From the IMG/VR virus record IMGVR_UViG_3300032274_000010, positions 1 through 46,950 of that record: a stretch of 46,950 nucleotides of DNA, one strand, 5' to 3'. The notes under the pieces were generated by a model, which was not told the origin of the DNA, did no database searches, and saw only the letters and a program-made list of their open reading frames with translations. Both the position numbers and the translations under genes were made by a program. Source of the stretch: a virus (lineage: Duplodnaviria > Caudoviricetes). Shown here piece after piece: positions 16,193 through 24,807 of this stretch (within the stretch, counting starts at the first letter, position 1; each line of letters starts with the position of its first letter).

Positions 16193-18354
16193 GTTGCGGA
16201 TTCCTCCGGGGCCGTGATCGCGTCCTCGTCAAAATAGACCGGCCCGCAACGCCCGGCGGCCCGCTTGGGATCGCCCTTCACGAATACAAGAATATTTTGA
16301 TGCGTCTTCCCGATCTTGCGGGTTGCCGTCATAGATTTGCCCGCCCGGATCGCCAACGACCCGACGGGGGAGACAAGGATCGCCTCGTTGTAATAGTCGA
16401 GTCCAGCGTCACGCATGGCGGCGACCGTATCCCCGACGAAATTCCGATAAATGCCCTTCCGGTCCCGTATCTCCCCGACGACAATCGCGGCGAAGCTGTC
16501 GGGCTTCAACCGGGCCGCCGCTGCCGACAAGATCGTCCGATATACGGCGACGAAATCCGCATAAGGCATATTCGACAGATCGCGGGGGTCGTCGCTATAG
16601 ACCTCAAGATCGGCATAGGGCGGGCAGGTGAACAGGAAGTCGGCGTCTGGATCGCCCGGCAAGTCCGGGATCACGACGGCGGAGTCCCCGGCAATCCACG
16701 ACGGCCCGGCCTGATCGTCGGCGACCGGCAGGGGCAACGCGGTCGCCCGGATTCCAACGATCCAAAACAGATCGCCCGGCGCGATATGGGGGACGCATTT
16801 GCCCTCATAGTGCGGATCAAGGGGCAGGCCCGCGAACGTCGTGTCCGGGGCCGGGTCGTGATAGTCCGTCCCGCTGTCGATCAGGTCGACTCGGTCGCGC
16901 CAATTTGCGGGGGCGTATTTGTCCAACCGTTTGGCCGGATCGGCCCCGACCTTGACGCCGACGACCGGCAGATCGCCCCGGCCCGCGTCGTCTAATCCAT
17001 GCAACAGGCCAGCAAGCGACATGCCAGAACCGACAGGGATCACGATCCGGGCAACGTCCGCCGGTATGTCTTGGACCTGTCGGCGGGTTTGCGTGATCGC
17101 CTCCTCGCATTCCATGCCGAACGGGATCTCCACAAACTTGCGGGCCTTAGCGTCCTCCCGCGCGCGGGCAATGATAACGCTATTGTGTCCGGGCTTGTGT
17201 TGTTCGATCACGGCCCCGGCGTCACGGGCCGCAATAACCTCCGGCGACAGTTTCCCCTTGGGGGTGTGGCAACGGGCTTTCAGGCCCAAATGTGCGGCAA
17301 CACGGGCAACAATGTTGACTTGCGGACTAGATCGCGACCCGGCGGTCGTGATCCCTGCCGCCCCGGAATCCTTGGCGCGTTGCGCTAGGGCGAGGCACGT
17401 CCGGACCTTGCCGCCCGGCGCGCCGTTGATCTCGAACAGGTCGTCGCGTTTGATCCAGTTGTCCCCGTGTTTTTCGATAGGCGTCGCCGCGTCTGGATCG
17501 GACACGACCGGGCGGGCCGGGGTCTTGCCCTGCCGGGCGGCGATCTTGTCCCATTGCGCGCCGTTGGCCGCGACCTGTTCCGCGCGCAAGTCGACTCCCA
17601 AATAACGACGGCCTAGCAGGGCCGCGACAACGCCCCGGACTGATCCCCCGGCAAACGGGTCGAGGATCAGGCCGCCGGGCGGACTGAACCACGTATAGGC
17701 CAACTCGCAGACGACAGGATCAAAGATCGAAACGCCCGTATCAAACGCCGGGAGATAGTCGTATTTTTTCGAGTCGGTCGTATAGGATACGGCGTCGCGC
17801 CCTAACTCGCTTTCGATCCCTTGCGTGATCCATGCGGCCTTGCGGGCCTGCCATGTCCCCTCGCGGGCGTTCAACACGCTGAAAGGCGGGACGCCGAAAC
17901 GCTCCGCAAGCGATCCGGCCCCGCCTGATCCGTCGCCTGATCCGCTGCCGCCGTCGTCTGTGTCGATCAGGTCGGCCAGCCCCAAGGATTCCAAGTCGAT
18001 CTCGTCGTCCTCAATAATCCGATCAAGTTCGGCCTGCAATGCCGCCTCGTTCCAATCTGACTTGAGCGCGATTGCATTGTCCGCGATCCGATAGGCTCGC
18101 GCCTGTGCGGGCGTCAAATGCCCGAGGACGAAGGTCGGGACTTCTGCCAGCCCCAACAGATTGGCGGCCAAGACTCGCCCGTGTCCGGCGACAATCGTCC
18201 GCCCGTCCGCTTCTAACAGGACCGGCACGTTGAAACCGAACTCGTCAATTGACGCGGCAATCTGTCGGACCTGCTCGTCGCTGTGATCGCGGCTATTCAG
18301 GGCATAGGGGAGCAAGTCCCCGATCTGTTTAAGTTCCGTTTTCATGTCCGCCAT
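16189..18354 (-). CDS. ParB-N / amino-MTase fusion with inserted PLP-dependent (fold type II) domain
   Basis: ParB: N.R.H...SI.EFGF..P...GHGR..AA. MTase: LDPFAGGS, GVDL, GDS, FTCPPY. Insert: TPIE...KRDD...GGKVR...PVGSGMS.AG...LDPHYEGK. Start uncertain (18345, 18354 or 18381). Confidence 0.9.
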   Translation of the reverse strand: MADMKTELKQIGDLLPYALNSRDHSDEQVRQIAASIDEFGFNVPVLLEADGRTIVAGHGRVLAANLLGLAEVPTFVLGHLTPAQARAYRIADNAIALKSDWNEAALQAELDRIIEDDEIDLESLGLADLIDTDDGGSGSGDGSGGAGSLAERFGVPPFSVLNAREGTWQARKAAWITQGIESELGRDAVSYTTDSKKYDYLPAFDTGVSIFDPVVCELAYTWFSPPGGLILDPFAGGSVRGVVAALLGRRYLGVDLRAEQVAANGAQWDKIAARQGKTPARPVVSDPDAATPIEKHGDNWIKRDDLFEINGAPGGKVRTCLALAQRAKDSGAAGITTAGSRSSPQVNIVARVAAHLGLKARCHTPKGKLSPEVIAARDAGAVIEQHKPGHNSVIIARAREDAKARKFVEIPFGMECEEAITQTRRQVQDIPADVARIVIPVGSGMSLAGLLHGLDDAGRGDLPVVGVKVGADPAKRLDKYAPANWRDRVDLIDSGTDYHDPAPDTTFAGLPLDPHYEGKCVPHIAPGDLFWIVGIRATALPLPVADDQAGPSWIAGDSAVVIPDLPGDPDADFLFTCPPYADLEVYSDDPRDLSNMPYADFVAVYRTILSAAAARLKPDSFAAIVVGEIRDRKGIYRNFVGDTVAAMRDAGLDYYNEAILVSPVGSLAIRAGKSMTATRKIGKTHQNILVFVKGDPKRAAGRCGPVYFDEDAITAPEESAT

Positions 18355-18529
18355 AAAGCCCGGAACGGATCGTGTGATCAAGTCGGGGCTGTCGTTGCGT
18401 CCCTGATCCTGATCCTGATCCTGTCGATCCCGGCCCCCCGGTCCCTGTGTCCCAAGTCGTCGCCGATCCCCCGGCGTTGCCGATTCAAACCCGACCGGCT
18501 TCGCCGGTTATAGGAGTCGGGCCGCGCGC

Positions 18530-18558
18530 AAAAAAAAGACCCCGGACGATGCCGGGGC
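18530..18558 (-). terminator. Intrinsic terminator
   Basis: GCCCCGG-catcgt-CCGGGGT-C-TTTTTTTT. Confidence 0.8.
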
Positions 18559-18583
18559 CGAGTTGGGGACTGTTGTCGGGTTG

Positions 18584-18913
18584 CTAGTCGATATTGAGGA
18601 GCATTAACTGCGCCGTGTTTGCGTCCGCTGCCGGGGTTTGCTCGTCCCCGTAATCGTCAACGATAAGCCCGGCGGCCTGTGCTGCAAAGATCGCGGCGCT
18701 GAAACGGTCGCGGGCCTTTTCCCATGCGTCCAAGGATTCCTCGTATTCCTTGCGGCCTTCAAAATAACTGTCGTCCGACATTGTGCCGTCAAGATACAGG
18801 CGGCGGACGGTTTGAAACCCGTCGTGGATTTCGCGGAAGTCGCTGTCCGTCTTGCGATAGGCGATCCGGGCGTCGTGGAGGTCGTTGCGGGCGTCGGTTT
18901 GCGGGGTGTTCAT
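18584..18913 (-). CDS. Hypothetical helical protein
   Basis: Leader GGATCAAGGAAAGGAACCGCC-ATG. Confidence 0.75.
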   Translation of the reverse strand: MNTPQTDARNDLHDARIAYRKTDSDFREIHDGFQTVRRLYLDGTMSDDSYFEGRKEYEESLDAWEKARDRFSAAIFAAQAAGLIVDDYGDEQTPAADANTAQLMLLNID

Positions 18914-18970
18914 GGCGGTTCCTTTCCTTGATCCGATGAACTGAAATTACGCAATCGGGGCGGCGGGGTA

Positions 18971-19001
18971 GAGGGGGACAATGATCGTCGTCGTCCCCCC
19001 T
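18971..19001 (-). promoter_or_regulatory. Gapped palindrome copy C
   Basis: AGGGGGGAC-gacgacgatcatt-GTCCCCCTC, 58 nt upstream of ATG 18913. Confidence 0.85.
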
Positions 19002-19005
19002 GTTT

Positions 19006-19221
19006 TTAATGCAACGCGGGCAACCCGTATTCCGTCGGGGCGTCCATGATCATGGCGAGCGTCGCCAAGGCGTCGGCGTGATATTGATCGTCAAGGTATT
19101 TGATCCCGACCCGGTCCCCTGTGATCATGTCGTTCGCGTTTTCCTTTGCCATATCGACGGCCTCCGAATGTGATGCCGGGACGGCGGCGGCGGCGGCGTT
19201 GAATTTCTGTTCGTTTGTCAT
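19006..19221 (-). CDS. Hypothetical protein
   Basis: Leader GATCAAAGGAACCGCC-ATG. Confidence 0.75.
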   Translation of the reverse strand: MTNEQKFNAAAAAVPASHSEAVDMAKENANDMITGDRVGIKYLDDQYHADALATLAMIMDAPTEYGLPALH

Positions 19222-19270
19222 GGCGGTTCCTTTGATCTGCCTCGACTATAGTCCCGCGCCCGGCAGGCTA

Positions 19271-19302
19271 TAGCGGGATCAGTTGTCCGCCTGTCCCCCC
19301 TC
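19271..19302 (-). promoter_or_regulatory. Gapped palindrome copy D
   Basis: GAGGGGGGAC-aggcggacaactg-ATCCCGCTA, 50 nt upstream of ATG 19221. Confidence 0.85.
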
Positions 19303-19665
19303 CGGATCGGGTCGGGTTTCCTGCTCCCATTCGATCAGGGCGACGCAAAGGTCCGGCCATGATATGCGACGGCGGGGCGACGCCTTGACGACCGCGACGA
19401 TCTGCCGGGGCAACATACCTTCTTCAATCAACTGCCGGACAATCGCGAAATCAGCGTATCCGATATTCCCGGCGAAATTGATCCGATTTATTGCAGCGAC
19501 GGGATCAGGCCGGACGCGGGCGATCAGGGCGACCGTTGCGTCGTATGTCTGCCGGGTCGCCTTGCCGTGCAAATGTGCAAGCCCCCATAAAACGCGCGAC
19601 GAGTCGGGGAAAGCCTGCCGGATAAGTCCGACGTTTGCGATCTGATCTATGTTCGATTCCGTCAT
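19279..19665 (-). CDS. Hypothetical protein
   Basis: ATGA-coupled member of a gene chain. Confidence 0.7.
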   Translation of the reverse strand: MTESNIDQIANVGLIRQAFPDSSRVLWGLAHLHGKATRQTYDATVALIARVRPDPVAAINRINFAGNIGYADFAIVRQLIEEGMLPRQIVAVVKASPRRRISWPDLCVALIEWEQETRPDPEGGQADN

Positions 19666-19886
19666 AGGGATACCAATCGCCGCGCGTTGATTGGATAAAT
19701 ATCACTCGCGCGGATATTCGGTTCCGTGCTGGCCTCTTGTAATGCCTGCCGGGTCGTTACGTCTTGCCCGGCCTGCAATCTGCCCTCCGCATTCATTCCA
19801 GCGTCAAAGGCCATTGCGACGGCGTCCCGTTGGCGGGGCGTCATGCGGGCAAGTTCGTCTGTCCATTCGTCCAAGGTCAATTGCAT
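19662..19886 (-). CDS. Hypothetical protein
   Basis: Start MQLTLD; overlaps both neighbours. Confidence 0.6.
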   Translation of the reverse strand: MQLTLDEWTDELARMTPRQRDAVAMAFDAGMNAEGRLQAGQDVTTRQALQEASTEPNIRASDIYPINARRLVSL

Positions 19887-20104
19887 TGCGTCCCCCATTG
19901 TGCGGCGTCTTGTGATTCTGCCTCGTCCGCCAATTTGCGCGCGACAGGGGCCGGGATCGGATCGCCTGCAATCTCCGCCCGTCCAATGGTGAAGGAATGC
20001 CGGTAGCAATGCGACCGATTATCGCCGGGGACCGGGCTGTCAGGGTTGCGCCCGTCCCGGTATCCGTCGAAAAAGTCGGAGTCGGGGGCCGGTTTGTTTG
20101 TCAT
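19877..20104 (-). CDS. Hypothetical protein
   Basis: ATGA coupling; GGGGAG RBS; FDGYRDG motif. Confidence 0.65.
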   Translation of the reverse strand: MTNKPAPDSDFFDGYRDGRNPDSPVPGDNRSHCYRHSFTIGRAEIAGDPIPAPVARKLADEAESQDAAQWGTQCN

Positions 20105-20418
20105 GTCGACTCCCCGTCGTTTGCAGGCCGAACCTCAACGCTAAAATCTGCCCCCCGCAACACGTCGGCAACGTCTGCCGACAACTGGATCGGATCAAGG
20201 TCCGGGCCGTGTCCGTCGAAATTGATCTGTGCGGACAATTGGGGAGTCGTAAACAACGACGCCGGGCAAACGATTCGGACTTTGCAGGCCCGTTCAGACG
20301 GCGCAAGTGTTGGCTGTCCCTTTGTCAGCTTCATTGCGCCCTCGCGTAACGTCCCGCGTCGGGGCGGAGTCAATGTAAGCCAACCACTGAAAATAATATC
20401 TCTATTGTCTGTGCTCAT
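20101..20418 (-). CDS. Hypothetical protein
   Basis: ATGA coupling at both ends. Confidence 0.65.
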   Translation of the reverse strand: MSTDNRDIIFSGWLTLTPPRRGTLREGAMKLTKGQPTLAPSERACKVRIVCPASLFTTPQLSAQINFDGHGPDLDPIQLSADVADVLRGADFSVEVRPANDGEST

Positions 20419-20684
20419 TTGTCAGGGCCTTCCCCTATGTTTTCCCATGCGATCAGATCGGACACGGCGCGCAACTCCGCTGATCCATATTGCTCAACGA
20501 TCAGCGACGACGCGGCCCGGACAATTGCCCGCAACGATTCGATCCGGCGGCCCGGCGGTTTGTCGTGGAATTGACGGTCTAACTTGGCGCGATATTGGAG
20601 CGCCCGTTTTGTTTCGTCGTCGATCATTTGAATCGGCGGACGCGGGTCGGCCCGGTTGCCAGACGCGGGGAATCCTCGGGGCAT
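20415..20684 (-). CDS. Hypothetical protein
   Basis: TAATG and ATGA coupling. Confidence 0.6.
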   Translation of the reverse strand: MPRGFPASGNRADPRPPIQMIDDETKRALQYRAKLDRQFHDKPPGRRIESLRAIVRAASSLIVEQYGSAELRAVSDLIAWENIGEGPDK

Positions 20685-21034
20685 TACGAGTCCCCCTTGT
20701 CGTTTACTTTGCCGCCGTCGTGGATCGTCAATCGCCCGGCATTTGCGCGGGCGGTCGCCTGATCCGGCGGATCAATTAGGGGGCGATTGGCGGCGATAAC
20801 CGCCCGGACGTGACCCAAGCCCTTGGACAAGACCCCCTCGGCCTTGGACATGCTGTCCGCTGCCTCCTGCAATGCCTTCCGGAACTGATCGTCCGCGTGA
20901 TCGGCTTGCATTGCGCCGATCCATAACGCGGCCTCCAAAGACCCGGCGGCAGACACGGCCCGCGATATAGCGGCCCGGTTTGCGTCGCGGATCGCTTCCA
21001 ATAACCGGCGTTCGCTTTGTGTTAGGTCGTCCAT
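20684..21034 (-). CDS. Hypothetical protein
   Basis: Member of a coupled chain; C-terminal LTIHDGGK. Confidence 0.65.
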   Translation of the reverse strand: MDDLTQSERRLLEAIRDANRAAISRAVSAAGSLEAALWIGAMQADHADDQFRKALQEAADSMSKAEGVLSKGLGHVRAVIAANRPLIDPPDQATARANAGRLTIHDGGKVNDKGDS

Positions 21035-21035
21035 T

Positions 21036-21152
21036 TCAGGCCCCCAATGCTATCAGGACGCCCGACAAGATGCCGGAGCCAATAATCCCGGCAATTAGGC
21101 CGAGGATCGCGCCGTCGCGGATTGTGCGGGCAATGCGCGCGGCCCGGATCAT
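21036..21152 (-). CDS. 38-aa single-pass membrane peptide (below the ORF-track cut-off)
   Basis: MIRAARIARTIRDGAILGLIAGIIGSGILSGVLIALGA; ATGA overlap; fills the gap exactly. Confidence 0.6.
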   Translation of the reverse strand: MIRAARIARTIRDGAILGLIAGIIGSGILSGVLIALGA

Positions 21153-21337
21153 TTGCGGCCCCCGGTCAAGTCCCGGTGATTGAGCGCCCGCATGTCGTCG
21201 GCGATCAGGTCAAGACGGTTTGCAATAGACCGCTCCCCCAATCGTCGGCAGGCCGCCGACTCGGCGCTGATCCGCCGCAATATCGACTCGGCCCTTGCCC
21301 GGCGTTCGCCCGGCGTGTGATTCCGCTCATTTGACAT
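21149..21337 (-). CDS. Hypothetical protein
   Basis: GGGGGAG RBS before MSNERN. Confidence 0.6.
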   Translation of the reverse strand: MSNERNHTPGERRARAESILRRISAESAACRRLGERSIANRLDLIADDMRALNHRDLTGGRK

Positions 21338-21590
21338 TATCGACTCCCCCTTCTTGATCCACGACAGCACAAATGGCGGACGATTCTTCCCAACAACCGC
21401 CGTTCGAGTTGATTATGTCGATCAGCGTCTCTTTCGTGATTGCGGCGACAACAGACCGGCGGACCGTGATCCCGTCCGGATACAAGTCCGGATCGTCGGC
21501 GATTGCTATCCGGGCCGCGTCAATCGCGGCGGACTTTGTCGGGTAATAAGACGGGACCGACCCGTCGTCGTATATGCTGAAAATAATCAT
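21327..21590 (-). CDS. Hypothetical protein
   Basis: GGAAGGAA RBS; promoter directly upstream. Confidence 0.7.
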   Translation of the reverse strand: MIIFSIYDDGSVPSYYPTKSAAIDAARIAIADDPDLYPDGITVRRSVVAAITKETLIDIINSNGGCWEESSAICAVVDQEGGVDNVK

Positions 21591-21620
21591 GCTAGATTCC
21601 TTCCAAAATCTGTTGCGGGG

Positions 21621-21651
21621 TGACAATAGGGCCGGGGGGCCGGGGCGTCAA
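21621..21651 (-). promoter_or_regulatory. Sigma70-like promoter, GC-spacer class
   Basis: TTGACGCCCCGGCCCCCCGGCCCTATTGT; 21 bp identical to 29704-29724 in inverted orientation. Confidence 0.75.
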
Positions 21652-21669
21652 TCCCGGCCCGCGCGGGTC

Positions 21670-21876
21670 TTAAACCGTGCCGCCTGCCCGGACCTTTCGC
21701 CTTGCCCAACCCGTCCACTTCTTTGCGCGATAGGTTGCGCGCGACCTGTTGGCGACCGTGCCGCCTGCAAGGACTCGCAATGTGCCGCGCGGGTCGTGAC
21801 TTTCAAACGCCGTAACCTGCCAATTGAAAAGGCCGTCCGGGCGTTTCGTCGTGTCGTATCCGATGCAAGTATTCAT
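21670..21876 (-). CDS. Small basic hypothetical protein
   Basis: Start MNTCIG after CGGATCAACGGAAAGGAAC. Confidence 0.7.
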   Translation of the reverse strand: MNTCIGYDTTKRPDGLFNWQVTAFESHDPRGTLRVLAGGTVANRSRATYRAKKWTGWARRKVRAGGTV

Positions 21877-21933
21877 TTCGGGTTCCTTTCCGTTGATCCG
21901 AGGCCCCTTTGTAAACGCCCGGCGGGAAGGCAA

Positions 21934-21965
21934 TAGGGGGACTATGATCGCGCCCGTCCCCCCTC
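21934..21965 (-). promoter_or_regulatory. Gapped palindrome copy E
   Basis: GAGGGGGGAC-gggcgcgatcata-GTCCCCCTA, 58 nt upstream of ATG 21876. Confidence 0.85.
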
Positions 21966-22241
21966 TGTGTCTTGATCCTTGGCCTCCCAAAACTTGCAGG
22001 CGGGCGACCGGACGAGAATGTCGGTCGCGGCCCCGTTTGTCCATTTTGTGAGGTTGCATTTTGGGAAGCGCGATTGAACGCGGATAATGTGTCGACACGA
22101 TCCGCAAGTCTCGCCCGACGGCCCCGTCCCCGGCGGCCAAGCATAACCGCGCTTCTTTGGCGACTTGGATCGGCGGTTCGCCGACATATCGACAGGCTCG
22201 CCGAATAAGTTGACGTAATCAGTCCCGGTTAATTTTGCCAT
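21942..22241 (-). CDS. Cys-rich hypothetical protein
   Basis: PPGTGP.GETCGSC.H...KC.L...PAC..W. Confidence 0.75.
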   Translation of the reverse strand: MAKLTGTDYVNLFGEPVDMSANRRSKSPKKRGYAWPPGTGPSGETCGSCRHIIRVQSRFPKCNLTKWTNGAATDILVRSPACKFWEAKDQDTEGGRARS

Positions 22242-22334
22242 GATCGGCCCCTATGTCGCCGGACAGGGCCGACAGCGCGGGGAACGCTGCCGCCCGGCCC
22301 AACACGTCGGCGCGAGTCAGATCGCCGCCCTGTG

Positions 22335-22607
22335 TCACCCCTCAACGGCCCCAAGGTAAAGCTCGGTTAGGGCGTCCGTCTCCTGTCGCTCGTTGCGGTC
22401 AATCTTGCGCAAGGCGACGACCCGGCGGAGGATTTTGGAATCGTATCCCATAGCCTTGGACTCCGCATAGATTTCCTTCCGTCCGTCTTGCGCGGACGCA
22501 ATTTCCTCCTCCATCCGTTCGATCCGGGCGACAAAGGCCCGCAACTGATCGCGGGCGGCCTGCCCGATTCCCTGTTCTGCTGTCGTGTCTGTGTTTGTGT
22601 CTGTCAT
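22335..22607 (-). CDS. gapR: GapR/DUF2312 nucleoid-associated protein
   Basis: QLRAFVARIERMEEE...KEIYAESKAMGYDSKILRRVVALRK.D..ERQE.DA..ELY. Confidence 0.92.
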   Translation of the reverse strand: MTDTNTDTTAEQGIGQAARDQLRAFVARIERMEEEIASAQDGRKEIYAESKAMGYDSKILRRVVALRKIDRNERQETDALTELYLGAVEG

Positions 22608-22757
22608 GTTTCACCTGCTATTGATTGGGGGATAATTTTGCGGCATAACCGCCCGGCGTATCCCGTTCTCCGGATCGGGCCTTTCCCCGCCTCCCTTGCG
22701 GTTCGCAGTTAGGGCATAGCCCCCGGCCCCGTTTATCGGATCGCCGGGGGTTTTATT

Positions 22758-23420
22758 TTATCGGCCTGCAATGATCGCCCGGCGTTGATCGACTAGGGCG
22801 GCGATCAGGTTGTCGATCTTTTCGATCTTTGTGTCCAATAGGGCCGCCCCTTCAAGTTTGGCAAAGGCCCGGCGGACGCCTTGCGCCGTTGCCGCGCGTT
22901 CTGTTGTCGCTTGCAATTCCCAAAACTTGCAAACCGCCGGGCCGTCTTTCCCAATCGTTTTGAAAGCATTGGCGACCGTTTGACCGGCAGACGATTCGCC
23001 CGCCGTCGCGGCAAGGGGGTCCGGATTCAGGATCTCCGCGCCCGTGTCCGGATCGGCCGAAATTGCGGTCGGCTCGCTATTGGACAGGGCGAGCAAGTTG
23101 TAAAAGATCGGGGCGAGGGCCGGGTCGCCGTTGGACAGCCCCAAGGCCTCGCAGATCGACAACGCGGCGACCTGCCGCCGGGCGGCGTCGAGATTCTTTG
23201 CCCAAACTGCCCCCGGCGATTCAATCTTGCCCGTGACGATCCAACCGGCCCGGATATGCGACCGCGTCGGCCCGTCCCAATATCCGGAGTCGGGGAAGTC
23301 GTGTTTCGCAACAAGATTGAAGTTGCCCATTATGATCCGGCCTTTGTTTTCCCAAAATCGGAGTTCGTCGTCGCTCATATAGGCGGACGCGCGGGCGGGC
23401 TGTTTTGTTTTCGTTGTCAT
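22758..23420 (-). CDS. Hypothetical protein
   Basis: GGAAAGGAAA RBS; hairpin downstream. Confidence 0.75.
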   Translation of the reverse strand: MTTKTKQPARASAYMSDDELRFWENKGRIIMGNFNLVAKHDFPDSGYWDGPTRSHIRAGWIVTGKIESPGAVWAKNLDAARRQVAALSICEALGLSNGDPALAPIFYNLLALSNSEPTAISADPDTGAEILNPDPLAATAGESSAGQTVANAFKTIGKDGPAVCKFWELQATTERAATAQGVRRAFAKLEGAALLDTKIEKIDNLIAALVDQRRAIIAGR

Positions 23421-23509
23421 GGTCTTTCCTTTCCAATTTGACAGGCCGAACCCCGGCGACGCGATAAGCGATCCGGGGTCCGGCGGGTTGTCCGCTATGT
23501 GAGGGGACG

Positions 23510-23722
23510 CTAGTCGTCCGGGAGGTCTTCGTCGACAAGGTTCCCGTTCTTGTCCCTGATACCGTCTTCAATCTCGCGGGCGACTTGCTCCTCGGCCCGT
23601 TGCATCTTTAGAAGGCGGCGGGCTTCGTTCGCCGGGTCGGCGTCCCTCCGATCCGCCGCCTTGCCTTGAAGTTCGGCGGCGTGATCGAAGATCGCGTCGA
23701 GGCTTTCGCGGTCGGCAATCAT
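23510..23722 (-). CDS. Hypothetical protein
   Basis: ATGA coupling at MIADRE. Confidence 0.6.
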   Translation of the reverse strand: MIADRESLDAIFDHAAELQGKAADRRDADPANEARRLLKMQRAEEQVAREIEDGIRDKNGNLVDEDLPDD

Positions 23723-24021
23723 GCGTTTTCCCGGCGCGTTTTCCATCCCTTGCGGGCGGCCTTGGATCGGCGGCGGTGTTGTTTCATGTCGGCGGCAAAG
23801 GTCGCGCGGAAGTGCAAGGATCGGCGGGCAGACCAAAACGCGGACAGGGCGTGTTCCTGATACGGCGCGCCCCCATAACTAACCTGCATCCGGGACAGGC
23901 CGTCCGCCGGGGCGAAGCGGTCGTCTGTTAGCGACGACCTGCCGTCGTTGGCGCAATCCATTTGCCAGCGGCGGGCGGTCCTGTATGCGGCGGCGAGGGC
24001 TTTATCAACGGCCATGATCAA
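23719..24021 (-). CDS. Hypothetical protein with basic C-terminus
   Basis: RRRSKAARKGWKTRR; coupled to neighbours. Confidence 0.65.
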   Translation of the reverse strand: MIMAVDKALAAAYRTARRWQMDCANDGRSSLTDDRFAPADGLSRMQVSYGGAPYQEHALSAFWSARRSLHFRATFAADMKQHRRRSKAARKGWKTRRENA

Positions 24022-24308
24022 ACCCCCCGCGCTTCAAGATCAGTGACAAGACGGAGCATTTCGATTTCGAGCGCCGTTGCACGGGCAACCGATTTCGCCG
24101 CCGTGGCAACGATCCCATGCCCGACTCGCGGCGTTTGTCCGGCCCGCATTGCCTGCAATGCCTCCTGTGAGTCGGCAATCAATTGCTCCAATTCGCCTTG
24201 GAGGCCGTTATATGCGTTTTGCGCGGCGATGCGGGTTGTGACGAGGTCGCGGTTGCCGTCTCTTTCAGCGGCCAGCGAGCGGGCGAAGTGGTCTTGATAA
24301 GTTTGCAT
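24018..24308 (-). CDS. Coiled-coil hypothetical protein
   Basis: Start MQTYQD after CGGATCAACGGAAAGGAAC. Confidence 0.75.
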   Translation of the reverse strand: MQTYQDHFARSLAAERDGNRDLVTTRIAAQNAYNGLQGELEQLIADSQEALQAMRAGQTPRVGHGIVATAAKSVARATALEIEMLRLVTDLEARGV

Positions 24309-24345
24309 TGTCGGGGTTCCTTTCCGTTGATCCGATCCCGCCAAT

Positions 24346-24807
24346 TTATCCCGGCGCGCGGGCCGTCATAGGGGGACTGTCAGGGACGGAATCCCCCCAA
24401 TTGTCCCGGATCAGTTTGCGGGTTGATTCCGGCAGGGCATAACCCCGGCCCCATATCGTCTTGATCTTGATTCCAAAGGGTTGAACCTTTTTCCTGATCT
24501 TGCAGACATAAACGTCGATTATCTTGAGCCCCGCCCCGCCGTCGGCCCCGGAATCCCAATAAAGCGCCAAGTGCAAGGCGTCTTTTGTTGCCTCGCGGTT
24601 TGCCCACAAACACGCGAAAAGGGCTTCCTCTGACGTTGTCAGGCCCCATTCATCCGGAGACAAAAACCCGGCCCGGCCAATTTTGGCCGTCTCCAATAAA
24701 GCGACCTTTTCGCGCAATTCGGCGTTTTCAGATTCCAGCGCGGCGGCCTTTGCCTCCGCAAGTCGGAGTCGGTCGTCCCGGTCGCCGGTCCCGCTGATCT
24801 GTCTCAT
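24346..24807 (-). CDS. Coiled coil plus OmpR/CtrA-type winged-helix protein, no receiver domain
   Basis: LT.SE...TK..L...LY...LKIIDVYVCKIRKK...I.TIWGRGY.L, close to CtrA KIIDVFICKLRKK...IETVWGRGY. Confidence 0.88.
   Translation of the reverse strand: MRQISGTGDRDDRLRLAEAKAAALESENAELREKVALLETAKIGRAGFLSPDEWGLTTSEEALFACLWANREATKDALHLALYWDSGADGGAGLKIIDVYVCKIRKKVQPFGIKIKTIWGRGYALPESTRKLIRDNWGDSVPDSPPMTARAPG
24369..24398 (-). promoter_or_regulatory. Gapped palindrome copy F (inside the 3' end of the CtrA-like gene)
   Basis: GGGGGGAT-tccgtccctgaca-GTCCCCCTA, 61 nt upstream of ATG 24308. Confidence 0.75.

Noticed and set aside
16744-17487. MTase insert as an intein
   Set aside because: No splice-junction motifs (C/S start, HN end) or LAGLIDADG; it carries PLP-enzyme motifs instead.
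16744-17487. ACC deaminase as an auxiliary metabolic gene
   Set aside because: The domain is shortened and embedded in a DNA MTase, so the substrate cannot be assigned from family likeness.
18403-18423. (CTGATC)x3.5 tandem repeat upstream of the MTase
   Set aside because: Short and made of the abundant GATC word, with no evidence of function.
16147-20779. Long plus-strand ORFs (16147-16995, 16919-17605, 19997-20779; likewise 40155-41018)
   Set aside because: They are antisense shadows of well-supported minus-strand genes in GC-rich DNA.
23490-23530. Ninth palindrome copy upstream of 23420
   Set aside because: Only a half-site (GTCCCCTC), with no partner at 13 nt and the wrong distance to the ATG.
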